Shown here: positions 27,301 to 41,560 of the stretch, one piece after another
Layout of the letters: each line of letters begins with the position of its first letter
Position numbering within the stretch: position 1 is the first letter of the stretch
Assembly (NCBI GenBank): GCA_964016885.1
Contig: OZ024742.1
Location: forward strand, 174,778,001-174,842,000
DNA length: 64,000 nt
From: Eledone cirrhosa
Lineage: Eukaryota
Reading direction: 5' to 3'
Program-made: the position numbers and the translations under genes
Notes under the pieces: generated by a model
Database searches by the model: none
Seen by the model: only the letters and a program-made list of their open reading frames with translations
What the model was told of the DNA's origin: nothing

Positions 27301-28405
27301 ATTTCAAATGAAAGGTACTGCCTATTTTTTCAAATCATTTTGAAAATAATCATGAATTTGGATCGATTTAGTAATATAACTAACTTCCACATTATTAACT
27401 TGGTGTTTGGAGCCTAACTTAAATGTCTTTACATAAAATTATAATGGAATGTTTTTAGATAAATATAAACACATTAAAATAAACAGCTTTGTATCATAGA
27501 ACTAGGGGAAAATTGAAGCTTTTTGATATCAAAAGCGTTAACGAAAAGTTTTATGATCTCCATTTTTCATGTGGCATATGAAAATTATTTCATCTTTGAT
27601 TTTTTTCTCTCTTAAAATTATCATAATACGTGACCAAAGATGTACTGTTGTTTATACATATAACAGTTCATATTTTTGCCTGATTATATAGTTATGTTTT
27701 TGTATGTTGTGAGCATGGAGCAATGGAGTATCAGATAGTTGATTTTATAATTTCTTTTCTGTTAAAACTTGTCTAATAGATTGATCATAATTTCATTACC
27801 ATATCGCTAATAAAAGACACTGCCTATAATTTTCAATAACTTTTATAAATAATTACAATTAATACAAATAATTTTACAAAGATTTGGAGGATTTAGTAAT
27901 ATAACATTCTCATTATTTATCTAATAAAGACATAATTTAGTGTGATATAGGTTTTTACATACAATTATGACAGAAGGTCATTAAATAAATATAATCACTT
28001 TAAAATAATCAGCTTAGTTTTGTGGAACCAGAGATGATTACAGGCAATTTAGTATGGAAAGAGTTAAACATTTCTTAAAAGGAGTAGAACAATTTGTATT
28101 CCACTCCAATTACAGACTTTCCCACAATGCATGAGGAAATTAGTAGAATTGCTATAAATAATTTGCTGTGTAGTACAAAATTAAATATTCATTCAGTTGT
28201 ATTTTGACAAAATTCAACACTCCTAATTTATGTTTGCTGTAAAATATTACTATTAGCTTATTGCTGATCATGATTTCTCATGACATAGCTGTAAAGTTAA
28301 CTATTAGATTTATCAATATTTCATATAGTAAATTTTGGCAGTATTTGAAAATTTATATTTCGTAGAAAAAAAAATGGGATAGCAAATTTACCTTAATTTG
28401 ACTGA

Positions 28406-28663
28406 CTTTTTTATACCAGCCCACCAGAAACCCAACCCGGTTTTATGATACAAATTCTCCTATGTCGAAATGTTTGTATTTATATCAACACATTCCATTT
28501 TGAATTTATTGAATACATCTTTGTTAAGTTACATTATAAACACCAGCTTACGAATGTTATTTGATCTTTTATTTTATTAAATTCCTTCAAATAGTTTATT
28601 ATTTTCAAAATTGAGACATATAATCTGTGTATTTTATTAGGAATAACATAACAAAAGGGTTAA
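28406..28663. mobile_element. ~250-bp TTAA-type (piggyBac-like) MITE
   Basis: Ends caaaagggttaa; same family as 36424-36675, 42767-43019 and partial copies near 9889, 11170, 11416, 14600, 27540, 35708, 44654, 45919. Confidence 0.6.
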
Positions 28664-29058
28664 TATGAAATATTCTCAATCATTACAGTACCAACCTTTT
28701 TACATCACTTCTCACTAGGTCAACAAATGTTTGACACACTAAAGTATTGTAGCTGTGACTGTAAAACTGAAACAAGAGAAATATATTTTGCCTTGGGGAT
28801 ATAGAAACTGATATGAAATAATTAATAATGAACAAGACAAAAGTGAAAACACCTTAAATAAAAATTAATAAAAATTATCATATTTTTCTTGAATACTTGA
28901 ATTTTCCTCAGAATATATTTATTATCATTATCATTTTTACATTCACTCTTCCATGCTGGCATAGGTTTGGATGGATTGCTATGAAGCAATGATTTCCAGG
29001 CAGATGCCCTTCCTAACACCACCTCTTTTCTAGGTGCCTATTCTAAAATCTGGGATAG

Positions 29059-29111
<53 letters not shown>

Positions 29112-31149
29112 TGTGTGTGAATGAGTGTGTAAGTGTGTAAGTGTCTGTGTCCCCAAACCTAGCAATTTTCAAATAAAAAGAGATCTTTAGAATTTTTTTT
29201 TATTATAAAATTATTCAAGCAGGCTCCAATACATAGATACTGGGGTTGATATAACCAATTAATGAAAGTAATGCTCTAGCAAGTCTGCAAGCTAATGACT
29301 GAAAGCACCTTTTTAATAACATCTGGTGTTGACAAAATAATTGACCCTGTACAGTGTTGGTCCACTGTATTAAACAGTTTGATTTTGTTCTTTGACTCCA
29401 ATAAATAAATTAAAGTGCAATAGACCACCTTAGGTGACAAGACAGGACTTTAAATCACAGGTACAGTCCATCTACCTGGCTTCTAAACAATTTCCATCTA
29501 CCCTGTTTCACTCACATGGTATGAGTTGAGCAAAGACTATGGTAAATAACTTTTGCCCAAGATGCCACACTATGTTATCAAATTGAGGAACTAATGATTA
29601 TAAAACAAATGCCTTAACCATTTGACCATACTGCATGCTGTGAAGTCTAAGAACAAATCAGCTGAGTGATGGTTGTTTGAATCTCTACCAACAGTTCACC
29701 ACACCTTGAACTATGAACTGGCAGTGATATGTAATTACATGTTCCATTCATAAATGTGGTGTTTAATGCTTTAAATGTTCTACAAGGAGAAAATGAGTCA
29801 GTAGATGATCAAATTAAATAACTGTATTTGTTTTGGTTATGTGCTTTTTGAGGTCAACTCTCACCAAGGTCAGCTTTGTTTTCCATTCTTTTGGTTTTGG
29901 AAAATAATGTAGCTCTCCATGGCTGGTGGACTGGTGAAATTATTAAAGTGTTTGATGAGATTATTTTGATATAGTAATTGCTGTTAGATGAATGGAAACA
30001 CTGTTCCCTTGACCCAATCTGATGGTTGGCTTTTTCCTTTACATTTTTGGGAATTACCTTTATTTTTTAATTAATCATAAATGTTTGTCCTTATTTGTAT
30101 TTTGATTCTTTTAACCAGAAATCTTGTTGAAATCTCTTAAATATGCAGAAAATTAATTATTTTACCAATTGGAATAGATAAACTGGGAGTGCTAAATATT
30201 TGTCCAGTTGTCCCCTATATCTTCAGGTATATTTATACATTTAATAACTATACCAGGAAATTAAATATTGTTTCACAATTACTGACATTTTTGTTTGAAT
30301 CTTTATTGACCATTTTTATTATTTGTTACCAACTAACATCTCTATCATTGAGGCTTGTTGTGAAATATTTGTCAGGAAGAAATTATGTTGGGTATATCTA
30401 AACGACTTAAGTATACTGATGAAGAAAAGGATGTAATTACATTGAATGACTGGTTTAATGATGTCAATCAATATATGTCAGAGCTGTTCATAGTAATTTG
30501 TTTTAATTTCATATAAATGGTTGTGCTTAGTGCATATTGGCAGGATATGGCCCAAGAGTGTATTCTCAGTATTACAGGAAAGTCGAAGAGAAAGTAAATA
30601 TTTTATATGCACTTTTATATTCATTTTTAATACCATATTTGTAGTGAAGAGATTGCCTATAATTTTCAAATCATTTGGAAAATAATCAAGAATTTAGATG
30701 GAATTTGTAATATAAATAACTTTCTTATTATGAATTTAGTATTTGGAACAAAATAATTTTCTGACATAGAATTGTGATAGAAGATAGTTTCAAGGTGATT
30801 TCATATCAAAAGTGTTAAATCTACCTTCATTTACCTTTCATATGATCAGATTCTTAAGGGAAAGAAAGCAAAACCATTTCAAGAAGCAATATTAACTTGT
30901 AGTATACAGTGGAATATAGCTGACCTGAGAAAGATCTCAGATGATAATGCATACATGAGACGAAAAGAAAATTATGAACTGGTATAGAAATGTAATGAAA
31001 ATTAATAAGAAAAGGTTACATGTAAAAGTAGTTTTTACTGATAGTGTGAGAGAGATATTTAGGTCAAATAAGAATTAAGGACATGTAGGAATATATGTGA
31101 CTCCTACATGTGACTCCATAATGCCTGTTGCTTTCACAGTATATGTCCT

Positions 31150-31830
31150 GATACTGTGTGAATGATGATGATTTTTGTGGAGGTTTCTATTATTTGGCAA
31201 TGGCTTGTTATGCCTTCGTCAAGTTGATGGAATGGCTTCTTGAAATTAGCAGAACCTTTCTGGCAGTCTTTTTGCTACTGTACCTGGCTGTTTGTCTGAT
31301 GTGTTCATGCTATTGAATTCATCTGACACAATGTCAAGGTGGTTTTGAGAACATCTCAGTACTGTTTACACTGCACCACAATATGATTAGTGCCCTTGTC
31401 TAGCTCTCTGAATGGGAGAGCCATGGGGATATGCTCATCATTCATATGAAGCATATACCTAGTAAATCTATATTTTCGTGATGATGAATATGATGCAGGC
31501 AATGGTCAATGTTTTAGAATTTTGGTGTTAGTAATCATTTCCTTTCAGATTTTCCTGTAGAAATCGTCCAGCCTCTCTATGCGGGAACAGTAGGTTGCCC
31601 ATGTCTCACAGCCATAAAAATAGGTGGATAGAACCACATATGACAGACTTGAACCTTAATGCTTAGCCATGCATCATTTCCTTAATTCAAGTACTGCTCC
31701 TTGCATCCTAATGATCTATTAGCCTAACTGATATGTGCTATCATCAGTTATCAATCTTGGCTCTCTGCAAGATCCCACCATTAATACTTACAGATAAATA
31801 GTGAAATGGAACAGGAATACACTCTACTGA
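31150..31830 (-). mobile_element. Old RTE LINE RT remnant
   Basis: LSIKVQV...FYGCETWATY...ERLDDF motif region, frameshifted. Confidence 0.65.
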
Positions 31831-31849
31831 AAACTGTCTTCGTTTTTGC

Positions 31850-32860
31850 TAACTGAGAGGGTCGTGGGGGAAGAGTCCTCAGACACTACTTCCAGTGGGT
31901 CCAATCAGAAACAACCATCTCCAGTTGATCTAGCTGGATCCCCAAGCAAGACCAGCTGAGCTCATGGATGTCATCCAACCATCTTGCTTGGAGTCTACCC
32001 TAGGGTCTTCGGCCAGTTGGTTTTGACCATAAAATTGGTCCAGCAATTCATCCCTGAGACATTCTAACCACATGCCCATAGTATCGGAGCTGTGATCTCT
32101 CAATTTGGAGAAACAGCAGCTCTCTCTGATATTTGAGCTAACACTCTATTGAGTAACATTACTCCAAAGACCTTCAGTGGAACCCCTTTATGGACATTTG
32201 TATTTGTGATCATATTTTGTTGGTCATTACACAAGATTCATGACCATAGATATAGGTTAACACAAATACTGAATTGAAGTTTGGCTTTTAAACCTACCTT
32301 CCTTCTTCTGAATACCGAATGCTGAAGCTGGTACATTACTGTAATAGCTCCCACAATTCTTGCACTTAGTTTAGCTTCATACCTTCCATTATTTGTGAAT
32401 ATGAGTTCAAATCCCGCCGAGGTTAACTTTGCCTTTCATCCTTACGGGGTCGATAAAATAAAGTACCAGTAATGCACTGGTTAATTGCTGGCTTTGTGCC
32501 TAACGTAGAAACAATTATTTGTGAATATGGCTCTGAGCTGCATGAAATTCTCCACTTGCTTCCATGGAACTCCATTTACATATAGAGTGCACTGGACAGG
32601 CTTCTTTGAGATGAAAATCACAGACTTGACAGCACTGGTTTTCATTCCAGCCATGCATCACACCTATCAAGTGCATTTCAGATGAGTTAAGTAGTATCAT
32701 GTTGTTTTAAAATTCCAGCTAACTGATCCTATACCTCCCAATTTTGATACAACTTCTTAGGTTTGAAGAAATAGTAAAAATCTATCCAATCTCACTCCAA
32801 ACATGGAATAGACACCCATTGCTTTCAACAATCTGTTCTAATTGTTTGATCAAAGAAGCA
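31850..32860 (-). mobile_element. RTE LINE remnant interrupted by a SINE
   Basis: LLFLQIERSQLRYYGHVVRMS...KPTGRRP.GRLQARWLDDI. Confidence 0.8.
32388..32529 (+). mobile_element. Young 5'-truncated OR-type SINE with perfect 16-bp TSD
   Basis: attatttgtgaatatg at 32388-32403 and 32514-32529. Confidence 0.92.
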
Positions 32861-33314
32861 GCTAGCTCAGGAAATTAATTTGTTAGTACCTGAGCATTTC
32901 ACAGAGAGGTATACACTTTATATAATTTTCAGGGAGATTCAGCATGACACAATGTGTGACAGGTAGGTCCTCATTACTCCAAAAGAAAGACTATGGTGTA
33001 TGCAATCTAACTATACTGGAGTTTTGGGTGGTTTATTCCAACCAATCACCAAATTGGTAATCTCAGATCTAAACTCTTGGTAGAATCATAAGGGCATCCC
33101 TCTGGTACATTGTGAGTCTTTGGCATTTTACACCTAATTGAGACCATCTCTCTTTAGTTTACGACACAGCTGATTTCTCCCAAATAAAGAGAGATAGTGG
33201 AAGAGTCACTAGGATACCAGACTATTACTTTATTTTTCGACCCCAAAATGATGGGAAGCAAAGTTGACCTCAGAGAGATTTGAACTTTGAGTTCAGAGGA
33301 TTGGAAAAAACATG

Positions 33315-33662
33315 AGGCACATGGCTTAGTGGTTAGAGCATTTGCCTTGCAATCGAAAGGTTGTGAGTTCAATTCTCAGACCGGGTGATGTGTTGTTTCC
33401 TTGAGCAAGACACTTTATTTCACATTGCTCCAGTTTACTCAGCTGTAGAAATGAGATGATAGGGACTGGGGTTCCTATCATTCCACTGCAAAGTGGTCGT
33501 GGAGGTGCCATGGCAAAAAAGCACCCAGCACTCACTGTAAATGAGGTTGGTGTTGAGAAGGGCATCCAGCTGTAGAAATCAAGCCAGAATCAGTTCCCGT
33601 CCCACCCGTCCAAGCAGGGAAAAAGCAGTCGTAAAATGAAATGATGATGAAATGATGATGAT
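33315..33662 (+). mobile_element. tRNA-headed SINE with CORE/Meta-like middle and RTE-derived tail
   Basis: ggcttagtggttagagc...gagttcaattct; ccttgagcaagacacttt; 3' part matches the RTE 3'UTR; (GAT)n tail. Confidence 0.8.
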
Positions 33663-35989
33663 GCCCTAATGCCACTGCCAGTTTACTGCCTTATTCTACT
33701 ACAACATCAAATATTTAAAGCAAATGTAATAGATATAGTGACTAACTTTATATTAATTCTGGCAATAAATTCATTGTTTGGTGTTTCAATATGATCTGAA
33801 TATAAAACTAAGTGTCGTAATATTATTAAAGTAGATCAAAAGGAATGTCATGGTAGAAAATTTAGAGGAAAATGAAATGGAGCTGTGAAACTGTTATTTG
33901 AACAAACAATATCTACAACATACAACAATATTGAAAGTATGTTAAATTATTGTCAGCCAACACACTTTCAAAATTCAAATTTGCGCAACACTTCAGAAAA
34001 CAATTGTTTCTTTGTCTACAACAATATATTATATAATCAAAGTAATATGTCTGCATTCAGGATAAAGTTATTGAAATGTTGTAAATTTAGATTAATTAAG
34101 ATACATTGGGACAAAAATACACTACAGCTTGTAATTATTGAATGTTTTGTTTTATTTGTTAGTAACATGATGATGGTGTTAGTAACATGATGATGGACAC
34201 TGTATCAGTTTTCATCATGAGCATTCAGTTGTTTATTCAATTGTACATCCCACTTGTGAATTAAATGTGTAAGGGGTTGTGTATTCCACAGACTTGTACA
34301 CCTAACACAATTCAGTAACTGAGTCAGTGCGAGACAATGTGTAGAAAGGCTGAACCTTTGAATTACAAGTAAAGTTCATCATCATCGTTAATCACAGCCT
34401 CTATCATCATCATCATCATTATCATTTCATGTCTGTTTTCCATCATGATGCTAAAGGCTGGACAGCTCATCATGTTACAAAATTAGACTGGTCGAAGAAC
34501 CGTGTCTTACCCATATGTTCCATATCAGGCATAGTTTCTATGGGTGAAGGCCTTTCCTAACACTTCATTCCAATTAATTTAAAACTAGTTACATTTATCA
34601 AGCCTGGTTCCCAAAAGAGGGTCTATTGTTTGAAAATATTCAATTACATTATTTTCTACATCAAATGTGAGGAATTATGTTTCAATGTTAATTAAACCAG
34701 GTTGGTCAGGGTGAGCTGTGCTCAGTAACCATATTTAATTGAGAACTCTGGATCACACTTTGCTGGAATGCCCCCACCACCTTCCCGATATGAGTACCCA
34801 GGGCCATTGCACCAACTGCAACTGCTCTTTGTATACCATTGTATGTTTGTCTGTTCAATATTTTTGATTCTATATACAATGGTTTATAATTTTCAGTAAT
34901 TTCTACTACGACACCCCTACTCTTCAAGCACATTTATATGTAGATTCTTTTCTTTTACTAGTTTCAGTCATTAGATTGTGGCCATAATGGAACACTGCCT
35001 TGAAGGAATTTTAATGCCAGGCATACTCCTTAACCACACAGCTAGGTCTGAAATGTTTTTAACGTTGTAGTTTTAATGTCTGGAAGAAGGAGCAATGCCC
35101 AAGACCTTCACAATCCTTCTGTGACTAGGGAGATTGTTGTAGGTCCACCATTTTAGGGAAAATATGAGTAGTAGTGAGGATTTATATTCTTGGTAAGGAC
35201 TGAGCATAGGGGTTAGTGTGTGGCATAGGAAGGGAGAGGTGGACACATTATGGTTGATGAGAGAAGTGAGGAATAAGGCAGGAGTGGCTGAGTGACAGTC
35301 GGCATGATTTCACCAAGCTCTATGGAACAGAGGCCATTGTTGTAATGATAAATGGGAAAGATGGAGAAAACAGCTCATCCATGTGCTAGAGGCTATAGAG
35401 TGCTGACAATTGAGAGAAAATGTGCAAAAGATTAATTTCTAGTTGTTGACATCAATATAAACGATATTCAATATTAAAATTTAAATATAGTATCACATCT
35501 TTTATCATTGATGCTAATTACTCTACACTCAAGAAAATAGAACCATTTTTATGAAAAACAAACATTAAGAATAAAGATGTTATTTTTGAAATGCTGTAAA
35601 CAATATCTGAATATTTTGCAGAACACAGCATCTTTTCTTTTCGCTATCAAGAAAATTGCAACTCAACAAAGGGTTTAGGTACAGAGCATCAGTTAAAATG
35701 ACTGTTTGTTAACCCTGTTGATATAGGAGGTGCCTGAAACCACTCCTGGTTCTACAATACAAAACTGTTTATTCTAAATTGATTATCATCATCATCATCA
35801 TACATCTGTTTTTCTCTGCTTGCATGCATTGGATTGGTATTTTCCAGCACAAGACTCATCCACTTGTGGTCCTTTATTATTTCCTCTGTTAATATCCATT
35901 AGCCTTTCACCCTATCATAATTTTATGGGAAAACCTTTAAGTTATATTCAAAACAATAGCTTTAATCAGAGGTTTTGTGGTCAAACTTG

Positions 35990-36160
35990 TAGCAGTAAAG
36001 ACTTTCCGTATTCTTGGTCCCTAGACAACCTCACTACTCACTGCTATTGCAGTGGAGTTGACCTCCCACAGGAGTGAGCCTTGCATATTAGAATGGCTAT
36101 TCCAACACATCTCCCTTGCTATTTTCTGGGGCAATGTTTCCTTCATTGTCTGCTGGGACC
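35990..36160 (+). mobile_element. Third CRE-clade RLE C-terminal remnant
   Basis: AVKTFRILGP...EWLFQHISLAIFWGNV. Confidence 0.65.
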
Positions 36161-36423
36161 ACAACGACGCCAACACGAGGGCTCCCTCATGCCATCTGGG
36201 GCTTTGTTACTTGGGTAGTGATGCTGAGTTGTGCTGTTTTTGAAATAAAAATATTAGGGGATGTTAAAGAGATTCATCAGAAAGTGTGTTATATTACTAA
36301 ATCATGTAAAGCTATTATTTTCAAAATTATGTGAAAATCATGAGCATTGCCTTTCCTTAGATATACGCTAATGAAAAGATTAATAATACACATCATTATT
36401 CTAAATAATTTTAACAGTTGAGA

Positions 36424-36675
36424 TTAACTCTTTTGTTCCTATAATTCTAAAGACATACTTTGTCCATATGTTTCAATTAATTTTGAAAATAATCAATTTT
36501 AAGTAGTTTAGTGAAATATCATTTTCATTAAGTTGATGTTTGGAGCATCACTTCAAAAATTCTTACATAAAACAATTATCATGAAATGCTTTAATAATAG
36601 TATGAACACTTTAAAAGTAGTATTATATTACTAAATTCAGGGCAGTTCAGGTGGTTCAGTGTAACAAGGTTTAAA
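36424..36675. mobile_element. TTAA-type MITE, complete copy
   Basis: ttaactcttttg...ttcaggtggttcagtgtaacaaggtttaa. Confidence 0.6.
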
Positions 36676-37692
36676 GTGTAGAATACAGATAACAAATAAT
36701 GTTCTTGATCTAGTTTTGATCTCTGATATGTCCCATGAAAATAGTTATCCTGAGATTAAGTAATGTCTCATTAACTGGAATTTATTGTAGATTCTTATCA
36801 ATATAAAGTAACAACTATTTTCTCAGCATCACTTTATATATTTCTCATCTTCCAACAAGCCCTGGAGTTATAAAAATTAAATTAAGTTACATTATATGAG
36901 TGTCAAAACCAAAACTTTGATATAACTTCTGATATGTATAATGGAAAATTCCAAATGATGAAAAAAAAATTATTTTTAAAAAATAATTTATAATTGGAAA
37001 AAAACTTTGCCAACAGAAATCAATAAATATATTCCAAGTAGTAAGTCTAAAGTCAAAGAAAATGTACTTAATATTTGCGTCATTTTAATTTTGTTTTTAT
37101 ACTCCTGTGATTTCACCTTCTGCAGTAGATTGCCTCTGTTGGAGCAAAATATCTATGAAGCACAGAGATAGGTAAACAAAATAAAATATTTAAGACAAAA
37201 GCTAGTGATGCAAACATCATCCACAGGATAAAGCTATATAGCTATCTTATCCTATCATGGATTTTATAACATTTAAGACGAATGACAGAGAAAAGCGTGC
37301 TTAGACAAGCAGCCTTCAACAAATAACTTGTGGCAACATACATATAGTGTGTGTATCTAAGTATATATAGTAATAAAGCGTTGAAGATGCATGTAATGTT
37401 TATATATATATATACATGCAAATTTACATTACACAACAAAAAGAAATTAGTTTAATTCATATATAAATATGTGTATATATATATATGTGTATGTATGCAT
37501 ATATATGTATACATAAATAGTATGTATACATACATTTTATATATATATATGGAAATAGTAAAAAAAAAAGTGATCCTAGACAAAAAATTGTATTTTCATG
37601 TGAAGTCGGATAAAAATAATTTAAATAGAAATAGAGAAATAGACTATGATACATAGTTAAGGAAAATTTCAAATCTAAATCCAGGTATAAGA

Positions 37693-37693
<1 letters not shown>

Positions 37694-37747
<54 letters not shown>

Positions 37748-37830
37748 TGCGTGTGTGTATGTATGTATATATATTTGTGTGTGTGCAAGTATATATATAC
37801 ATATATATATGCGTGTGTGTGTTTATATGT
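37694..37830. repeat. (GT)n / (AT)n microsatellite
   Basis: Direct reading. Confidence 0.95.
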
Positions 37831-38737
37831 TAATATGGAGAGATTCTGTTAAGAAATACATTGTATGCAGAAAATAAAAATTGTTTTGGTTTTACTATAA
37901 AAATTATGTACATTTTTCTCGATGAAACTGCATTAGAATTTTTTCAAGTTGTTGTTAGTTTCTTTGAAGAAAGATACTAACTAGTGTGTCAGATGTTGAA
38001 CAGCTAGTAATCTTGTTTCAGCTTGAGTAGTTCACCACATCAGAGTCAACCTGCTGGTGAAATAAATATCTAATCATCATCATCATTTTAGTCATCGTAG
38101 TTACTCTCATAGTTGTCATCATCCCAACGTTTTTATTGCCTCTGTTTGTATGCCAACTACTTTACAGAGAGTACTAGGTGCATTTTATTATGGTACCAAC
38201 ACTACAAAAACTGTTGCTAGTTTGTTTTTTGTTTACCAAATACTTTACTGAGTGTACTGGGTGCATTTTATTATGGCCCCATAACTATTGATGTGGCATT
38301 GTACTTAAAGCATTGTTTTTACTCTATATTGCCTCTATTTAATCAATGTAACTGGGCTTTGAATGAAACAAAGAGAAGCATGGCAAGATATTGATAGGCA
38401 AGTATGATAGGAGAGAAACAAAGTGATAATAAGGAGAGGGGATTAGAGGAGGGAGTGTTGGAAAAGTGAGATTGAAATGAAGCTACATGCTGGTTATTGC
38501 TAAAGAGATTGATTAGAAAAATGTGACTGATATGATAAAGAGAGAGGAATAGGAAAGAGGCAATGGGAGAATAAGTAATGGAACTGAGATAGTGAGAGAT
38601 AGTGAGTGAGGGTAATGGATGTCATAAATAAAATAGAGCGAGGGAGAAAGAGAGTAATGGATGATCACAATCAGAGTAGAGGTAGTAATGTGTGTGTGTG
38701 GGGGGGGGCAATCCTCTTGCATGTGAAACAGCTGCTA

Positions 38738-39030
38738 TTATTTGATGTTCTCTAGGTGTGGTAACGAGCTCACATTAGTGGGATTAGGGTGTGTGGGATC
38801 CATATTCTCAACTGAGTGGAGATTTAGGCACTCACTTAGTATATGCTCAGCAGTCTGATCTAGCAAGATACACTGGTGAACATTGATAATGGGTGACAGT
38901 GAAAGAGAGAGAGAGAAAATCTTGGCTAGCAATGAAGAAAAGTGTTGGCCAAGGAGAGTGGATTTGAATAGATCCCCTGTCATTCACCTTACATAGGTGA
39001 CATGGTGGGTGAGTCATCAGTATAAACAGG
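38738..39030 (-). mobile_element. Possible I-clade LINE C-terminal Zn-knuckle remnant
   Basis: PPCHLCKV...QTAEHILSECLNL resembles C..C...T.EHIL..CP. Confidence 0.4.
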
Positions 39031-40025
39031 AGACAACAGTAATAGTAGAAAGGCTGACTGATAGATGAGAGTGTATCAGATAGAAGGCAAAATAGGTAAG
39101 CTTATGTGTCTGTCCTTTAATCTAGTAGTTTGGCAAAAAGAGATGAATAAATGAGTACCAAACTTGAAAAAATAAGTACTGGTGTTGACATAATCAACTA
39201 AATCTCTTCAAGAGAATGCTCCAACATGGCCACAATCTAATGACTGAAACAATAGATCTTTAACATATATAAATAACTGTAGAGTTGGAGAAGAGAAATG
39301 TGCAGTAAGTTCACATCACCAGAACTGCAAATGATGAGTGCATCAGTCCACAATTAATGTTCTCTTGTTTGAAATTTAAACCAAAATATTTATATCTATT
39401 AATTGAATATGGAAGTTTGATATAATTTCTAAATTATTATTATGAAATCTAAATTTATTTTTCTTTTTAATTTACTGTTTGTTTAGTAAATAAACATTGC
39501 TAATTATTAGATTAGGGAAATATTCTTATATAGTCATTAATATGATGGTCTCTTAGAAATGTAGCATCATCTTTGAGATGAGATCACTTGTCAAGTCTTT
39601 TATGATCGCAACTAAAGCATTTTGGTAAATAAATATGCTTTTAATTTGCATTTAAGCATTATCATCAACAACATTTTATATCTGCTTTTCTGTATATAAT
39701 ATATACACACACATACTCGTACATAGTGAGTTTTTATTTAGTCTGTAACAGGCTTCATTATACTGTGGCCATGCAGGGATTTAGTCAATCATATATATCT
39801 CTATACTTAATTTAGAAACAAGATTTTATACTTATTTCATTGATTTTACTTTTCTTGTTTATTTCTTTTTGGTGAACTGCTAAATTATGGATGATACATA
39901 CAGACATGGACACACATACACACACATATAGGATGGGCTAGTGCAGTTATCATCTATCAAATTCTATTCACAAGCTGTTGCAAAAAGTGAAACGCAGTGA
40001 GATTGAACTCAAAACCATGTGGTTG

Positions 40026-40348
40026 AAATAATAATTGCTTTTACGCTTGGCACAAGGCCAGCATTTTGAAGAGAAAGAAGAGGAAAATTGATTAAATCAA
40101 CCCTAGTGCATTACTGGTATAAGGATGAAATGCAAAACTAAGCTCAACAGGATTTGAACTTAGAATGCAAAGGGCCTTAACTTCATTTTGCAAAGTATGC
40201 TATCTGATCCAATCAACCATCCTTATTCCAAATAATAATTGTTTTTACTTTTGGCCGCAATTATCCAGGGTATTACTGGTACTTTATTTTATTGACCCAA
40301 TAAGGATGAAAGGCAAAGTTAACCTCAGCGGGATTTGAACTCAGATCA
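40026..40348 (-). mobile_element. Two tandem OR-type SINEs
   Basis: aaataataattg precedes both units; B boxes and cores visible. Confidence 0.7.
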
Positions 40349-41216
40349 ATGAAAATAAAAATTCATTTGTGCATACATTTTATTTAGGATGTCTCTATCT
40401 TTATAAATGCTTTGGGGATAGAATCCAATATTTGGATATTTAAAGTGTGTAAAATTAAGTATTTTCCACTTATCCAATTTATGTTTAAACTTTTTTATAC
40501 CAAACTACTGTTTGTTTTATTGTAAAACCTGGGGCACAAATCTGCTTCATTCCAATCTATTTAAAACAGTTAACTAGATCATTGATACCATCATCCTCTT
40601 AAGTATATTATTTGACAGCCCCCATAGTGATAAAAATTCACATATAGTCAATGTCTACACCCCATAAAGTGTCAGAAGTTCAGACATCTTCAAAGTGTAA
40701 AATTTCAAAAGCATCAGATTCATACATATTCAACATGAACAACAGCCTATTCCCCTCAGTTTTAACATGTCAATGGCAGTCAACATAGAAAAAAATCAAC
40801 TGCATTTTTCAGCTTGTGACATTTAAGATTTCCAAGCGATCTGCACTACTGACAAGGTTTTTCTCATTGTTGAAGGTTTGCATTAATTGAAGAATCGTGT
40901 GATGTTTGTATGGGTGCTTGGCTATTTCAGCACCTCAGCCTCCTTATCACTCATAGCTATGTTAGAAGTGTCTTGGTTTGCGTTAAAAAAATTTATAAAG
41001 AAACAATAACATCCTCTGTTGTAGTACGTAATCGAATATATACATTTTCTCTCTTATATTTTCACTCTACATTTTATTGATTAGTTTCTTTCGTAAATTG
41101 TATTAATTATATATAATTCTGTTTATGTAAACAAAACATAAGATAATGTATGAAATGTGATGGAAGGGTCAGTGAACTTCCATCATTTCAATTTTGTAAT
41201 CATAAAACTTTATTAT

Positions 41217-41560
41217 TATTTTGTCTTATCTCCCTTTGAAAAGCAAATTCAACAGCAACTGCAGTCAGATTTATTTCGTTTGTCCATTCTTTGTGATATG
41301 AATGTATAGCCAGGAAATTTAATCTCTGTTATGTCATTCTTCACTGATAATAGTCTTAAATTGTTTTGCTAGAGAAAATATTTGTTCAGCCATAGCAGAT
41401 GTTGAAGTATTTACTAGTAAAAGTTGGCAAATTGTACAAATCACTGATACTTGGTGATTGCCACTGGCTGTTTCTCCATTCAGATGGTCTACAATGTTGG
41501 CCAAACAACAAGTAGGCATGTTTTTGATAGAAAATTCAAATGCTGGAAGTTAAGCTATCA
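41217..41560 (-). pseudogene. hAT transposase C-terminal dimerisation-domain remnant (ZMYM1-like group)
   Basis: ICQLLLVNTSTSAMAEQIFSLAKQFKT, then after a frameshift MT*QRLNFLAIHSYHKEWTNEINLTAVAVEFA. Confidence 0.85.

Noticed and set aside
30376-30492. Coding-looking stretch EEIMLGISKRLKYTDEEKDVITLNDWF
   Set aside because: Weak acceptor, no recognisable domain, no partner exons; a homology search could revive it
33320-33385. tRNA-like sequence
   Set aside because: It is a SINE head; no complete cloverleaf or acceptor stem
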